A stretch of DNA of 63,451 nt, filler included, from Phoronis australis (taxonomy: Eukaryota; Animalia; Phoronida), in assembly GCA_002633005.1 (NCBI GenBank). It is 3 parts of 3 records of this genome, joined end to end, with 100 filler letters (N's around TTAATTAATTAA, not from the genome) between each part and the next. Parts side by side here need not be neighbours in the genome. Positions count along the whole stretch, not along the records: positions 1 to 24,176 come from NMRA01001165.1; 2 more parts are not named here. The stretch is one strand, 5' to 3'. The notes beneath the pieces are model-generated. The model was not told the origin of the DNA. It saw nothing but the letters and a program-made list of their open reading frames with translations, and did not search any database. The position numbers were made by a program, and so were the translations under genes. Positions 1 through 13,389 of this stretch are shown here, piece by piece (the first letter of the stretch is position 1; every line of letters starts with the position of its first letter).

Positions 1-3000
1 CAATGTCCAGGAACCAGAATCAGCAACTAGTCAGTCGCAAGAACTAAACGATTCAGGTGAGTGGAGTGTGGTTGGTCAATCATGATGGCTTGTAACTGTT
101 CCTTTGTTTCACTTTCAGGTCTTAAATAAAATGTGAATGGGAATTGAGAAGTTTTTATCAAGGTCAAGTGTCTGTCGTAATGACAGATTGTAAAAATGAA
201 GAGGTCATTAATGACAATGGTGTACACAGGCTGCTGCATTTTCAAGAGCAAATTTCTTGCAAGTAAATCGAGATAACTGAAGTCTTGGTTAGATATCACC
301 AATGCATTAGAAGCGAAGCATATTGTCACATTAACTTCATTAGCGAGAGTCTTGCATGAACAGGACGCTCTTCAGCTATGTGTTGTTCGGCAAGTGAAGT
401 AAAATAATAAAAAAGATAAAAAATGCATAGAGATGGTACAACTTTGATAAACCCAAACATTCCGAAAGATGTGGTAGTTGGTAAAATGCTAATAAATTTA
501 GTACTGTAAATATTATATGGACAATTTTCTTTTATTAACTTATTATTTTTCGTTTCTTCTATTGGTGTGACAGTGTCTAGCTGTAATTTGTGGGTGAAAA
601 TTCAGTGAGTTTTTGTCAGCATTGTAATGTTTTGAATTTCAGTCGCATCTGTGAGGACGGCTGGCTCTGTATTAACACAAGCCATTGTGAGCTCTGTGGC
701 AAGTGATGAATCCATGAGAGTGTCTGCCGACGTGCCTGGGTCACGTGTACTTAACCTTGGTTCAACAGGTTTGTGCGCTATTGTATTATAAGCCGCCTTC
801 TGGCACAAACCAACTTTTGACTGAGACCGCTTACGGTTATGAAATTGTCTCGAATTGTTCCTTAATCAAATTGGAGGTGATTTCAGGGCTTTAAGGGAAC
901 TGACAGTTCATCATTGTCTGAGACCCGACTCTATAACTTGTCGCAGCATGTCACTGACTTACGCGCTGAGCATGGTCTCGAGGAATAACTAACTGACCCT
1001 TCCTTGCAAATCCAGAAATCACTTCAAATCTGCGCAGAAATTGGGCTAAATAACTTGCTTCTCGGACGGAATATGGATTTATAACCACTGCTGGTGACTG
1101 TACAGTTGACGGGCATGACAACAAACATCCTCCTAAGACTCTTCTAAAAGTTTTACTGTATCCAAATCGGCTTGTAGATGATACAGTTTGTGTGGGACTT
1201 GTGCAATGGTGTGTTGTAAGTGAGTGCTCAATGCCAGTTGTATTGTGATTCCATTGTTGCTGTGCAAGTTATTAGTTTTGTTGCAAAGTACGATGAAAAC
1301 AGAGGTTGGATTCCGAAAACCTTGCCACACACGTACTAGTAAACATGATCATGGTGTCTGCTACCCAGCTAGGAGACCAACTTCATTGTGGGTTTCGACT
1401 TCTCCGATAGTAGGTCAGGCTGATGGAACCTCCAGCCGACGCTGGGGTTGCCACTTGTTCTCTCGTTGTAACCATAGCAACACGGTTGCTTCCTCCGCTG
1501 CTCTTGCTGTAGACTTAAACATGTCAGCTCCCCCTCTTGGTGAAAAGCCCAATAGCTTCGTCATCTGCCACATGCTGCTTACAAAAAAACCTCATTATCC
1601 AACTTCTACAGAAAGACAAAAGTTCTTAATATGTTTGTTTCATTTCAAGGCATTGCACTAATAAGGTTTTCAATATGTGAATGTTGCACTGTTTTATTCT
1701 ACAAGTTATATTTTGGTGATTTTTTCAGAAACAGGTATGCCTTCATCATCCACACGTCCCGTTCCAGGTTTGTCAAGGTAACTGTTCTGTCTTATTTGCT
1801 GAATGTTAATTTTTAAGAAAAAGGCGAGAAAGTCTCGCGGACTGTGCGTCGCAACAAATGTTATGCCATGAGTAGGGTTACTTCACTAACTTATGAAATT
1901 CTGTGATTATTCATGATTTAGAAATTAAAGTGTGTATTAAGGAACATTGTTCTTCCACAGTTTGTATTGTAAGATTAATTTGAATTTAGTTGTTTAGTGA
2001 GTTCCAAACACACAAATCAAAAAATTTTCAAAGCCGAGTCACGTAATAAATTGTTCTTTACTCATCCAACTCATCGTGGAAGTGTGTTAACAAACCTGTG
2101 TTTTGAAAACTAGGTGAATCATATAATGCATTTTTCTACCTCCACAGAAGTAATGAGTTGAATCTGGGATGTGGGAATTGTTTTTTGTCTGAATTTAACA
2201 AAACTTTATAGTAAATTATCTGTGTAGTACTACAAACTTGCCCATTTTTGTTTTTCTACCCACAATCCTGGAGTGTATCATTTCTATGTTGTGCTGTGAT
2301 TCAGGGAACGTGCTGCCATTCGGCTGCAGGAGCTCTATCGTAAGCGACAAGAACTGCGCGACTCCGAGGAGGCCGCGGCCGCCAAGGATGTGCGCCAGCC
2401 TCCCGTCAGAATGTGCTTCAAGGGCCACAGGAACAGTCGTACAATGGTGAGAAATGTTCAAAGTTGGTCTTGTGATGGTTAAGGTTAAATGTGGGCCTTT
2501 AGCGACTAATCCATGCATTTATCAAAATCTACAAAACCACTGAATCCAAAATGTAAAAATATTTCTTGTTGTAGAAAGCCTGTAGAAATTATTTTTGTAC
2601 TTTATGCAGATTGGATTTTAATGGGCTTCGTGACCATATCCTTTCTTTGAAATTTATCAAATAGAAACTGAGGTACATTCACAGCAAAAAACTGTATGAA
2701 TAACATGACAAAATCTCTATTTGACATTAATGTTCGAGACGAAATCTCAAAAAACGGTGTTTAAGTACAGTTTTCTAAAGTTATCATGTTGTTTTCCTTC
2801 TATGCATCGTGAGTTTTTTGTGTAATAATCCTGTAAGTGTAAATTACAAATAGCCAGCCCCTTGTGCCAAAGTGGAACACTTTAAGAATGCCATAATTCC
2901 AAACAATGGTAAACAGTGCACAAAGCACATTGTTGTCTTTTGTCTTCTTTGGTAGTGGTGATTCCTGTTAACTCTTGCAAGGCTTGACAATCAGAGACAC

Positions 3001-5274
3001 AGAGTTCACCAGAAGTGGCAGCAAAAAACATTCTGAAAACCAGCAGGGGAAATATAGCACAGTGATGGCTTGACAATGGTGAAAGCGAGACATGTTAGGA
3101 GAAACTGTGTCGATATATATGATTACTTTAGGCCAAAACTGCGATCAAGGAAGCTGACAGTGTATAGAACTGTTGCCGAGAAATGTTATTTTTTACAATT
3201 AATTTTTTTTATCCTGTCTGCATTATTTTAGCTGGTACACAGTCAAGATGGTACTTGTCATGTGCACTTGCAAAGCTTTAGCCACATCTTGTATTCCCGG
3301 AGGGACATTTCAAGCATACTTATAAACACGCAACCTGTTTACTCAATCAAAACTCTTTCAGATAAAAGAGGCCAACTTCTGGGGCGACGACTTCGTGATG
3401 AGTGGCTCGGACTGCGGCCATATCTTTATATGGGACCGACACACTGGGCAACTGGTTAATGTATTAGAAGCTGATAAACATGTGGTCAATTGTGTACAGC
3501 CACATCCATTTGACCCAGGTATCACAGACTGCTTTTCTATGTGTTCTTACCAACTAGTTGCCCCATCTAGTGTTCCATCTCGAAACTAGCATTTTACCAT
3601 TCGTTTTGTTTTTAGCGTATAAACTGACGAGCACATCATTTTCAACTTCTTCATTTTATTCTTCAATTAAAGCAATTTGCCTGCTCTTCTAAGGCTCCGT
3701 ATTTTGTCCGTATCTGAGTTATGAAGGTTCGAGTTGAGACCGATTTTATAATGATGAGGCATCTAATTCGAGATTTAGTATTATTGAGTTAAGAAAATCA
3801 TGGAAAGCAGATGCATTGGGACTTAATTTGATTTTGTGAGTAATTCTGCCAGTTGCTCAGTCTTTTCTATGTGACAAGTCTGACATTAAATGATACACAG
3901 TGAGCTACAAATCGTAGAGAAATGTTCAAAAATTGAAGATTTACCGCTACGAAGCTAATGAACGACTTTTCTCATCTTTAGGAGTTGTCTCTTTTCAATC
4001 CTCATCAGTAAAAATCACTTTTCGTTCTACGTTCAATATTTGAAATGTTCAATATTTGAAACTAGAATTTAAAATGCGATTTCATTCAAAGTTCATCATG
4101 TGATGTGCAAAAAAATCTGAAATTTGTTTATAATTCAAAGTCCAATATATGCAACACGAAAATTAAACATCTTGCAAGATGTTCAAAAATCAGTGTTGGT
4201 GATTTGGATTTCAAAAAATGATTGTGAATTCACTTCCGTTTCCTGTATTGCGTTTAAGTTTCATACCATTGATATCTGGACAGTTGGTTGAGTTTTTTTG
4301 ACATCGCTCAGGATTCAGGCAGATTTTTATCATCCTTTTGTTTGTTGGCTATGGAAGTGGTCTTCTGCGCAGTGGCAAGTTAATTCACAAAAGACATGCA
4401 CAGACATTCCTACACAAATCCTAACCAACGAAGTATCAATGTCAATTCTTAGATTGGCCTCTTATGAGGGGACGGTGGCAAAGTTTGTGTTATGAACACT
4501 TGCATTACCTACTTTTATTACCGTGTTCACCAACTCAGCACTATAGAACTAAGTCCATTTTATAGACTAAAACCATCAACACCATATTATCTGAGTGTTG
4601 AAAAGTAACCTTTTCAGAGCCTAGTTGTCTTGGTTGACACAGCTTTCAGGTCCTTCTTCAATGTTGACTAATGGAGTCAGATAATGAAAATTCATTCTAC
4701 TTTGATATTACCGTTTCATATCATTTCACAGCTTACAGTAAATAAGCATTTTTTTCCATTGCACCACGTCGTTATTCAATTTCATGTCAATTTGACGTGT
4801 TCCTCATATTAAGGTGTAACTGTAAGACGTGTTTGATCCTGTTTCTAGTGCTGGCCTCTAGTGGCATAGACTACAATGTCAAACTGTGGATGCCTAATGC
4901 TGAAGAATCAACGTTTGACGCTGACAAAGCACAAAAGGTATGCTCTGAAATTATTTTCTGTGTTTTGAACAGCAAGGAAAGATTCAGAGACCTGTGTTGC
5001 ACAATAATGCGACAATGAAAATATTTGAGTATTGGGCCATGAGAACTTGAAAATATACGTAAAATAATTTTTGCACTCAGTAGATGCATCTGTTTTCTCT
5101 ATACATACTGTGAAAAGTTTTCCTTTTGCAAATTTGTGATGGCTATCAATTATTTTTTTCTGTGCTAGGTGATGGTACGTAACCAAACGATGCTGGAGGA
5201 GACGAGAGACACCATTACTGTCCCAGCATCCTTCATGCTCCGTATGCTTGCCTCTCTCAACCATCTTCGCTCAG
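1..5274 (+). CDS. DCAF6: DCAF6 (IQWD1) WD40 substrate receptor, 3' part; exons <1-56, 643-768, 1729-1777, 2305-2446, 3362-3518, 4849-4937, 5169-5274; terminal exon not identified
   Basis: GT-AG boundaries with consistent phases. The spliced protein contains the IQ-like [16 protein letters not shown], then [10 protein letters not shown]|[28 protein letters not shown]...[12 protein letters not shown]|[14 protein letters not shown] and [25 protein letters not shown], which match the DCAF6 C-terminus. The first three low-complexity exons are supported by splice sites and phase only. Confidence 0.92.
1350..1620 (-). mobile_element. 3' end of a restriction-like-endonuclease non-LTR retrotransposon (Hero-like), in a DCAF6 intron
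   Basis: Minus frame [20 protein letters not shown]...[17 protein letters not shown] resembles the VEVGCRGF...S.W...LG...AE.AS.WLW.KR end of Hero-clade ORFs; the CR codons have decayed to stops. Confidence 0.6.
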
Positions 5275-7119
5275 GTAAAAGTTTTGTTAAGTAAACCCCC
5301 AAGTCATTGTATTCCACAACCTGTTGCCTTACCATAGTGAAATGGAAAAGTTAGTGAACACGTTGTAAAGGGCATTTTGAATAGGTGGACCCGATTTGGA
5401 ATCGATCTATTTCACAAATGACATGTCACAGTATTACACCAAATGCTCATTATTTATTAAATTTATTTCAAACCATATAAAATGCTTCATTTGCCTTTCA
5501 CCTGCTGCATGTACTTTGTTGAGGTGACGGTTCTTTGTGGCTCAAATATAGAAGTTTCGTTATTGGGTTCTTGTTTTTGAAAACCTATTAATTAATTATA
5601 GATCACAAACATTTTAAGTCTGGTCTGCACGCCACCTGTTGGCCTCATCACATGACCTAATGAACATAAATATGCATCAATCTCAGATGCAATGTCATGT
5701 TAGATATAGACTAGGGATAGCATTGCTTTTCCAAGCTCTACATAACCTGATACGCTTGGTGGATTGGTCTATGTTGATATCATTATACCGTCACCGATGT
5801 TTCTGTCGTATGTTTTCTTCATTATGATAAATTGGCATTTCTAACATGCTTTGATGTATAGCCATTGTCTTCCCGACTACAGTCAGGCGTTTATTATTTG
5901 TGCAGTGTCTTGACTGCTCAGGTTATGACTAGCAACATCTGAGGTCCTGTTGGCTTGAATGGAGAGAGGTATTACAAGAGTCTCCAACTTGAAAAATGTG
6001 AAAATGGGAGATTCTCCGTCCTTAAATTCCCTAAATGTAGAGAACAAATGAAAAATTCACATGTAATGTTTTGAGTAATGCTGATTATTACATGACATGG
6101 GCCCCACTATTCAACAATTTACCATGAGATTGTTATCCACCAAACAGCTGTAATCCTCTGCTCTCTAGCCTTGGTAGCCCTTTTCAAATGTGGAACTGTG
6201 GTTTAAATGTCTGTTGTGAAACTTACACTTTTGCACACTAGCACGCTGTCAACACTATTATTGCCATTTGGTTCATTACAGTGGGTCGCCAGGCTAGCCA
6301 AGCAAGGGAGGAAGAAAGCAGTGACAGTGATCCTGAATGATCGCTTGGTGTAAAGTTCAGAGTTGTTATAAACATGTGGTCTGCTCAAACGCGGTGACAA
6401 TCACTAATAGGTGTGTCGTTTCCATGTGAGATTTTTAGTCAAATTGTGCAGGAATGTGTGCTTTGTAGAGGTGCATCCAAAGTGTTGTGCCCACCTCGTA
6501 TAATGGTTGACTTTGTAGGGGAGTTCCCACGAAGTATTGTGACCAGTTTGCATATCATTTTGACTTTGTAGAGGTGCCCCCAAAGTGCCCGTGAGCACCT
6601 CGTATCACATTTTGACTTCTCTTGCCTTCAGAACTTCCCTCATAACATTGCAAATCCCAGTTATTGATTCTGTCCCTGATGTGAAAACGGTAAAACATTT
6701 TTATGCACCCACAACTGGGTGCATATTCTCGTCATCCTGAGTCTGTCCCACGTCCGCTGCTACATCTCTTAAGCCCTTTGCAGGATCATTGTGAAATTTG
6801 GCAAGCATGGTCCTATGAAAGTGTCAATGGATTACAATGTTCGGACCAATCTGACTACCGATGTGCCATCTAGTGGCAATGTTGTTCGTTACATTTGCCT
6901 CTGTATAGTCCCAAGTTCCTATGAACCTTCCCAAGTTTCATTAAGAGATGATACCCATGACATCAAGCAAATGTTTATTTAACCAGAGAACTAATTTAGT
7001 AATACAAGTAAAAGCACGCATGTCTTACACTCAATTACATACAGACCCACACTGAATACAGTATGACAACTATTAGGAATAAAGCGCCAGTCAAAAGGGA
7101 AACCGTATAAAACAGGTCT

Positions 7120-8790
7120 ATTTAATGCTGCAGAACAAAATTCTTCTCCAACTTGCTGGCAAAAGGGCTTCAAGTCAGGTGGGCCTGTAACAAAAAGAAC
7201 CACAAACATGAATTTGAATTAAGCCAATTTTAAATAGCACTGAAGAGTTCATTGCATGGTCATGTTTTTAAACCACCAAGTTAGTGGTTTGGTTTAAAAG
7301 ACCACCATTGGCAGCTAAAAAATAATCAATGTGATCCTCTTATTATGAAATGTCAGAATTGATATAGCTAGAGTAAAAATATACTGACCACTATTGCGTT
7401 CTCCTTTAAAAAGCAATGAGATGGTCATGGCCAAACAATCCCATGAGTACTCAGGATCTTGACTGGGCAAAATCAGAGGTTCATTGGGAACTTAAAAACA
7501 AAAAGTACAATACATTAAGTTAATTTTGTTAACTGGTTACAATTTGATTATTAATAAATATCATTTAAACAATTAAGATTACTCACTCACAGCTTTGGCA
7601 CCAGAAAGGTTCTCAACAGGTGGAGACAATGCTGCAGAACAAAATTCTTCCCCAACCTGCCGGCAAAAGTGCTTCAAGTGAGGTGGACTTGTAACAAAAA
7701 GAACTACAAACAAAACACAAGCGAAGTTATTTCTATTAAGTTACACAATTGACTAAAAAATTAGATGTGGAAAGAATCTTTTGATATCAATTTGTAAATT
7801 TCCCAGATGGGTCAAGATCTTATTATATTTGATGGAAAGTAAAAATTAAAGTAAATGTTTTTGGAGAAAACTCACGGAAAAAGGTGTACTGCCCATTTGG
7901 TTGTAAATACTAAAGGGCTAAGGATGGTGAACTTCTTTTACACCCTTTCTTTGCCTGAGAGAATTCCTGTCGGCAAAAGATTTGTTGAAACTGCATTTCG
8001 TGTAGTGTGTTTCTCCACTGATGCCTTCTCTTTTCAAAAGCAATGGGATGGTCATGGCCAAACAATCCCATGAGTACATCTTGGTATCTTTACTGGGCAA
8101 ACCCAGAGGTTCATTGGGAACTTAAAAACAACAAGCATAAGTTAATATTATTAACTAGTTACTAGTTGACTATTATTTGATATCATTCTAACACTTACGG
8201 TTATTCAATCACTGCTTCGGCACCAGAAAGGTTCTCAACAGGTGGGGACAATGCTTAGAACAAAATTCTTCCCCAACCTGCCTGCAAAAGTGCTTCAAGT
8301 GAGATGTCCCTTTAACAAAATGAAGTGCAAACAAAACAAGCAAAGTTATTTCTTTTAAAGTTATACAATTGACTAAAAAAATTAGATTTGCTAAGAGGCT
8401 TTTGATATAAATTTGTAAATTGCCCAGATGGATCAAGATGTTATCATATTTTAAAGTAAATGTTTTTGGAGAAAACTCTTTGGAAAAGGTTACTGCCCAT
8501 TTGGTTGTAAATACAAATGGGACAAGGATGGTGAACCTCTTTGACACCACTTTTTGTCTGAAAAAAACAGCAAACTTTTATCAACAACTTGAAATAAAGA
8601 ATGAAAAAGGACTCAACTGATTTACTTTACATTATACATGCCATACATTATAGCCTCTTACAACAGTTATTGTATAACACTGAAAAGTGTTAAGCACAAG
8701 TTAGCTGCTCGTTGCATATCATTTAATGAGCTGAGCATAGTCCTAAGTGCTAACATAACACCAGATCTTTGTAAGACCAGTAATCACTGC
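7120..8790 (-). repeat. Tandem ~620-bp duplications carrying a pair of exon-like segments (also present at 13390-14120)
   Basis: Blocks such as AAAGGTTCTCAACAGGTGG.GACAATGC..CAGAACAAAATTCT and CAGAGGTTCATTGGGAACTTAAAAACA recur near 7130 (partial), 7480/7610, 8110/8230 and 13420/13540. On the minus strand they read (P)PHLKHFCRQVGEEFCSAA and VPNEPLGLPSKD, bounded by AG/GT-like sites. Confidence 0.85.
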
Positions 8791-9185
8791 ATCTGAGTTT
8801 CCCATAAAGTCACAATCACTCTGTAATGAGCGCAGTGCTTGTAAGATTTCAGAGACAGACTCATTGGGTAACTGAGATCTGTTGTCAAATCGAAGTGAGC
8901 CCTTACCCGATTTACTTGTCGGCCGAAAATCTCCTTTGTCACCATCACATACGCTGTATAAGTATCAGCTGATTGGTACGTTTTGCCATTCGGGTGGGTA
9001 TCCGATTGAGCAATAGCCGTAGGTCCCAGAAACAACCATAGAGCATATCTTTTGTTGATGTGAGAGGTGGTTGCCTTCCTTTTGGTTAGTATCCATAAAC
9101 ACAAAGTAGTCCTCTAGCATTTCAAGGAACTGTTCAAACTTGAGAGATGGAGTCTCTAGTCCAGGGCACCAGTAAGTGGTATGTA
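8790..9185 (-). mobile_element. Ty3/Gypsy gag remnant (frameshifted)
   Basis: Joined frames read PSLKFEQFLEMLEDYF...KRYALWLFLG...IFGRQVNRVRAHF / RFDNRSQLPNESVSEILQALRSLQSDCDF, the typical gag RF..R.Q...ESV....LR.L...C.F motif. Confidence 0.7.
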
Positions 9186-9229
9186 ATATCAATATGTTTG
9201 GACCTCTGATGCACAATGGCGTTTTTTGG

Positions 9230-10390
9230 TCAGTGCAACAGCACTTTGACTGTCACCACAGTGCATACTGAAATTTGCACTCTACAACCACTCGCATCCT
9301 GTAGCAAAGCTTTTAAGAAGATGCCTTCTGGTGTTGCAGCATATATTAACATGTACTCTGCTTCACAAGTCGAGAGGGCGACCGTTGGCTGTTTTCTTGT
9401 TTTCCACGAAATCAGTGGACCCTGCTCAGACAACACAAAACCAAAACCTGTCATGTTTTTTCTATTCTCACAGTTAGAAAAACCTGCATCACTGAATCCA
9501 ATCAGTTTAAGAGTATTAGCTGACTTTCGAAAGTCTAGTTTCTTATCAATCGTGCTTTTCACATACCTAAGTGCATGTTTTGCCATGGTCATGTGGTTAG
9601 AGGTAGGTGATGACATGTACTGAGACAGTTCGGAGACAACATAGCACAACTCGGGTATTGTTGTTGTCATAGCGTAAATAAGGCTTCTTACTACCTCCCT
9701 CATTAGCTGGCTCAGCCTGCTAGTTACAGAGCTTGTTTATATTCTTGTCACATGGAGTAGATTTTCGTTTGCAATCTTGCATTCCAAACTTTTCCTATAC
9801 TCTCCTCAAATATTGAGACTGTCTCATGGTGTTCAAATTCTATACCGAGAAACCAGGAAATCTGGCTGATATGTTTCATTCTGAAAATCTCTTTTAAGCG
9901 CAGTTTCACATTTTCAAGTCTGGGGTAGAACTAGCAGCTATGATGACTTCATCTACCCATGTAAGAATAATGACCACTTCACTGTCGTAAATTTTAGTGT
10001 AAACACGTTGATCTACCAGTGACCGACTGAAACCCTGTTCAACTAATTATGAATGAAGCCAAAGGTGGTGAATAGGGGACTGAGCATTCATGCTTAATTT
10101 TATTCTTAATGAGAAGTGACTCAAAATGCTTTGGATGTAAACTCGCACCCCTGATTCGCTTTACTGTGCCGTAAGGGCTAATTACCGCAAGAAATTTTTC
10201 CGTTGCCCTTACTGAGTCACTTTTCTGTTTCAAAAAATATGTCATGATCAATCCAGAAAAGTCATCAACACAACCAAATGTACCTAAAACCTTTCCTTGC
10301 TAGGGGAAAAATAGGACTTGCTAAGTCAAAATGGACCAGCTCCAAATTTGATGTCGCTTGTTTCTCTGGGGTTCTGTTGAAACTGGGTTA
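9230..10390 (-). mobile_element. Ty1/Copia pol remnant (integrase, RT, RNase H)
   Basis: YFLKQKSD...KHECSVPYSP (integrase); LIYAMTTTIPELCYVVSELSQYM...LIGFSDAG...ISWKTRKQPTVALSTCEAEY (Copia RT/RNase H). Confidence 0.92.
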
Positions 10391-10439
10391 TTTTACCAGT
10401 GCCGAAGCATTTGTGTAGCTGGGTCTGTTCATAGATGAT

Positions 10440-10700
10440 TGCAGCCTATTGCTGATTATGGTGGACTCGATTGATGATGGAAGGAAAGCTTTTAAAGTTT
10501 TAAAGAAACACTACCATCCTAAAATGAAACCCAGGATCACCACACTGTATACTGTACTAACCTCCCTATGCAAGGACTCGACTTAATCAGCTACTGATTA
10601 TGTTATCCGGCAGGTAACATTGAGCGATAGTCTTCTTGTGGCCCTAATATTAAAGGGTTTATCGTTGCAATTCAAACCCTTGACGACAGTCATCACACTA
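10440..10700 (+). mobile_element. Ty1/Copia gag remnant, opposite strand to the adjacent pol
   Basis: Plus frame DDGRKAFKVLKKHYHPKMKPRITTLYTVLTSL...DYVIR...LSDSLLVALILKGL matches invertebrate Copia gag. Confidence 0.75.
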
Positions 10701-10889
10701 TATTTTGCAGAGTTTAACTACACTTAATTAGGTAATGTCACATATATATACTGCTACGAGATTTTAATTTGCATGATTTATCCCAAAGCGTAAACATATT
10801 CTCAGAGATCTCAGAGACTTTTATTACTACTTTGCAGAAATAGTGTGGAGTGTAGGACTGAATGTTTGTCTCGAGCGTTAAGTTGCCTT

Positions 10890-11544
10890 TCATGAAATAG
10901 GTATGCACGGGAGAACCACTGTTTCTGACAACTTGTAAAACAATTTTCTTATGCCACTGTCAATTGCTTTTACCAACTTGGATGTTGAAGTCTTCTGCTC
11001 TAGAAAGTTTAGTAGGGCCCCTGAGTACTCGGACTGGGTCATCACATTGTCCAAAATAAATTTAACTTTGTCCTTATCTAGTTTTCCTTTTGTACCAGAT
11101 TTAGTATATGGTACTCCATTTACATTCCTGTTATGAGAATTTTGGAGGGTCAAAATTTTAAACATCATGTATTTTGCAGCTGACTGGTGAGGAAGAATCA
11201 TTTACAATTTCCATCATCTTTTGGTGAGTCAGAAAGGGTGCCACAGATGGCGCTGCTGGCAACTCGCTCTCTAACAAATCATCAACCAAATTTTGAGAGA
11301 TGACAACACTCTCAAAATCTGATAACTATCACTTTCCGTATCTGTGGATCGTGAATTGTGATTTTTGGTGGGTCCTTGCCTTCTAGTACAGCAAGCCGTT
11401 TTGACAATACTTCAACAGACTGCACAAACTTGTACTGATGCATCAAGACGTACTGTGATGCTTGCACGCCAGGTGACCTGAGAAGCGCACACTTTGCTGG
11501 CTCATGCCTAGCCGCTGACATGCTTGACAGTGAGCGTAGCAGTC
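10890..11544 (-). pseudogene. Coiled-coil + BEN-domain gene, 3' exons (~11333-11544 and ~10890-11270), frameshifted
   Basis: FVQSVEVLSKRLAVLEGK (short coiled coil), then AAKYMMFKIL....NRNVNG....TKGKLDKDKVKFILDNV...KLVKAIDSGIRKL, fitting the BEN pattern (NV.G...K..LD..KV..I...V...AID...R). Frameshift near 11185; splice phases are not fully consistent. Confidence 0.6.
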
Positions 11545-11929
11545 CTAAAATGAAACAAAATTTTGTCAGATGCATCTACAAACAACTTGTAAACCACATT
11601 ATTTTGAATTCTAAACCTAGGTTTTCATATGAAGGATTCTATGAATCTCAAAAATAAATTTGAACTTCACAAAATAGAAAAATGTCGAAGTCTGATTGTT
11701 GATCACCCTCTGAAAAATTGTTATTTGGGTCTTTACCAATTTATTTCAATCATGAGAAAATGTCTGCTGAAAACTTCCAGCTCAAATGATAATTAATGCT
11801 GAATCAGTCTTTCTAGAAGTTATTGAACAACTATAGTCTCTAATGCTGACTGTAGTCTCCGGCGTCTGCACGATGTGCTGGAACTCAAATGGCTGTGGCG
11901 AGGAGTGCCAGTCAGCCGTGACATCATCT

Positions 11930-12770
11930 GGCAGGTCTACACATTGCATGCTTTCCTCGAAAATCTCTTCACCTTGGCTAAGGAAATTGGATGCTTATCT
12001 TCCACCTGACACGTTTTCCTATAGTAAAGGTCTTTAAGCTGATGTTCGGATCCACAGTCTGCCGAAATAAATCATATATTAGTGGATTGAATATTCTGTG
12101 CTGACAACTTACATTCAGACTGCATTTTGTCCCAATTTGTGTTTAACATCATTTGAAAATTGGAGAATGAATTCTCGAAAAGAGCACCGGATTTCACTGA
12201 AACGCTTAAGGTAAATTTTCAGTGATCAATTTTAAAACTAATGTTAAGATTTTCAATTACGTAATGCGTAAGACAGGAACATGACTGAGAAATTCTTGAG
12301 TTACCAAGGGGTTAGTTTGTCGTAGACTGTGCTTTGCTTAAAAGAATAAAAAAATTACTCAGCTGGTCATGCCTATGTAATACTATTTCTGCTACCACTT
12401 CTACTACTACTACCACCAATATTTACAAGAATACTACTACTAATAATAATAACAATCATGTTAATAGTAATAATACCCGTATTAATGATGATCCCATTCA
12501 ATAGAAAATACACTAATTCCTAGATCAAGATCATTTGAATACAGGTCTACAAATTGCATGCTTTCCTCGAAAATCTCTTCATCTTGACTAAGGAAATCGG
12601 ATGCTAATCTGCCACTTGACACATTTCGCAACTTGTCCTAAATAAAGGTCTTTAAGCTGATGTTCGGATCCATAGTCGGCCGAAATAAATCATAAATTAG
12701 TGGATTGATTACTCTGTGCTGAAAACTTACATTCAGACCGCATTCTGTCCCAATTTGTATTTAACACTAA
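11930..12770. repeat. ~220-bp direct duplication (11930-12150 and 12540-12770) flanking a (TAC/TAA)n-rich spacer
   Basis: CAGGTCTACA.ATTGCATGCTTTCCTCGAAAATCTCTTCA...GATGTTCGGATCCA.AGTC.GCCGAAATAAATCATA occurs twice. Confidence 0.85.
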
Positions 12771-13389
12771 GGGGCGGTCTATTACTCTGTGCCACTGGCT
12801 GACTTGTGTGATATTTACCATTCGGCCTTTTGGTGGCATTACAGTGCTTGAAGTGGGAATTACAAAACAAGCTTTTGTCAACGTTGCCTTCAATTAGTTT
12901 TGAAAACAACTGAACAGATGGAAAATCAAAATCAGCTAACTGGCCCCGATTTGATGTGTGGGTAACAAGTGTGTAGCTTTTGTCTTCCTAACTGTCACTT
13001 AATTATTTCATGAATTTCATCGCAACTGAACCCACCTCCATGCAGCCAACTGTCATTATCATTTTGAGCATTACGCTTGTGAGTGTGCCTGAAAGGAAAG
13101 ATCAGAGTCTATCCCCTCCTTGTCGACTCACTGACGTCTCCTCCATTTGTGCTTCTTTCTGTATTGTAACTATTGTGATTCCCCATCTCCATAATTTCCA
13201 TTATCACCGCCATCACTGTGGCCAATATCACTGTCATCACAACCCTTGCAACACTCGAGCATGTCCGTAATACTGGCTCTAGTCAACTTACCAATCTTGT
13301 GGCTGCACCAAAAGTCAAATGATGTTACTGTTAATCCACTGTCCATCCACATCTTTATACCTTCAGCTGGCTAATTTAAATATGTACGT

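Noticed and set aside
1224-1661. 145-aa plus-strand ORF
   Set aside because: Intronic; explained as the antisense of the Hero-like remnant.
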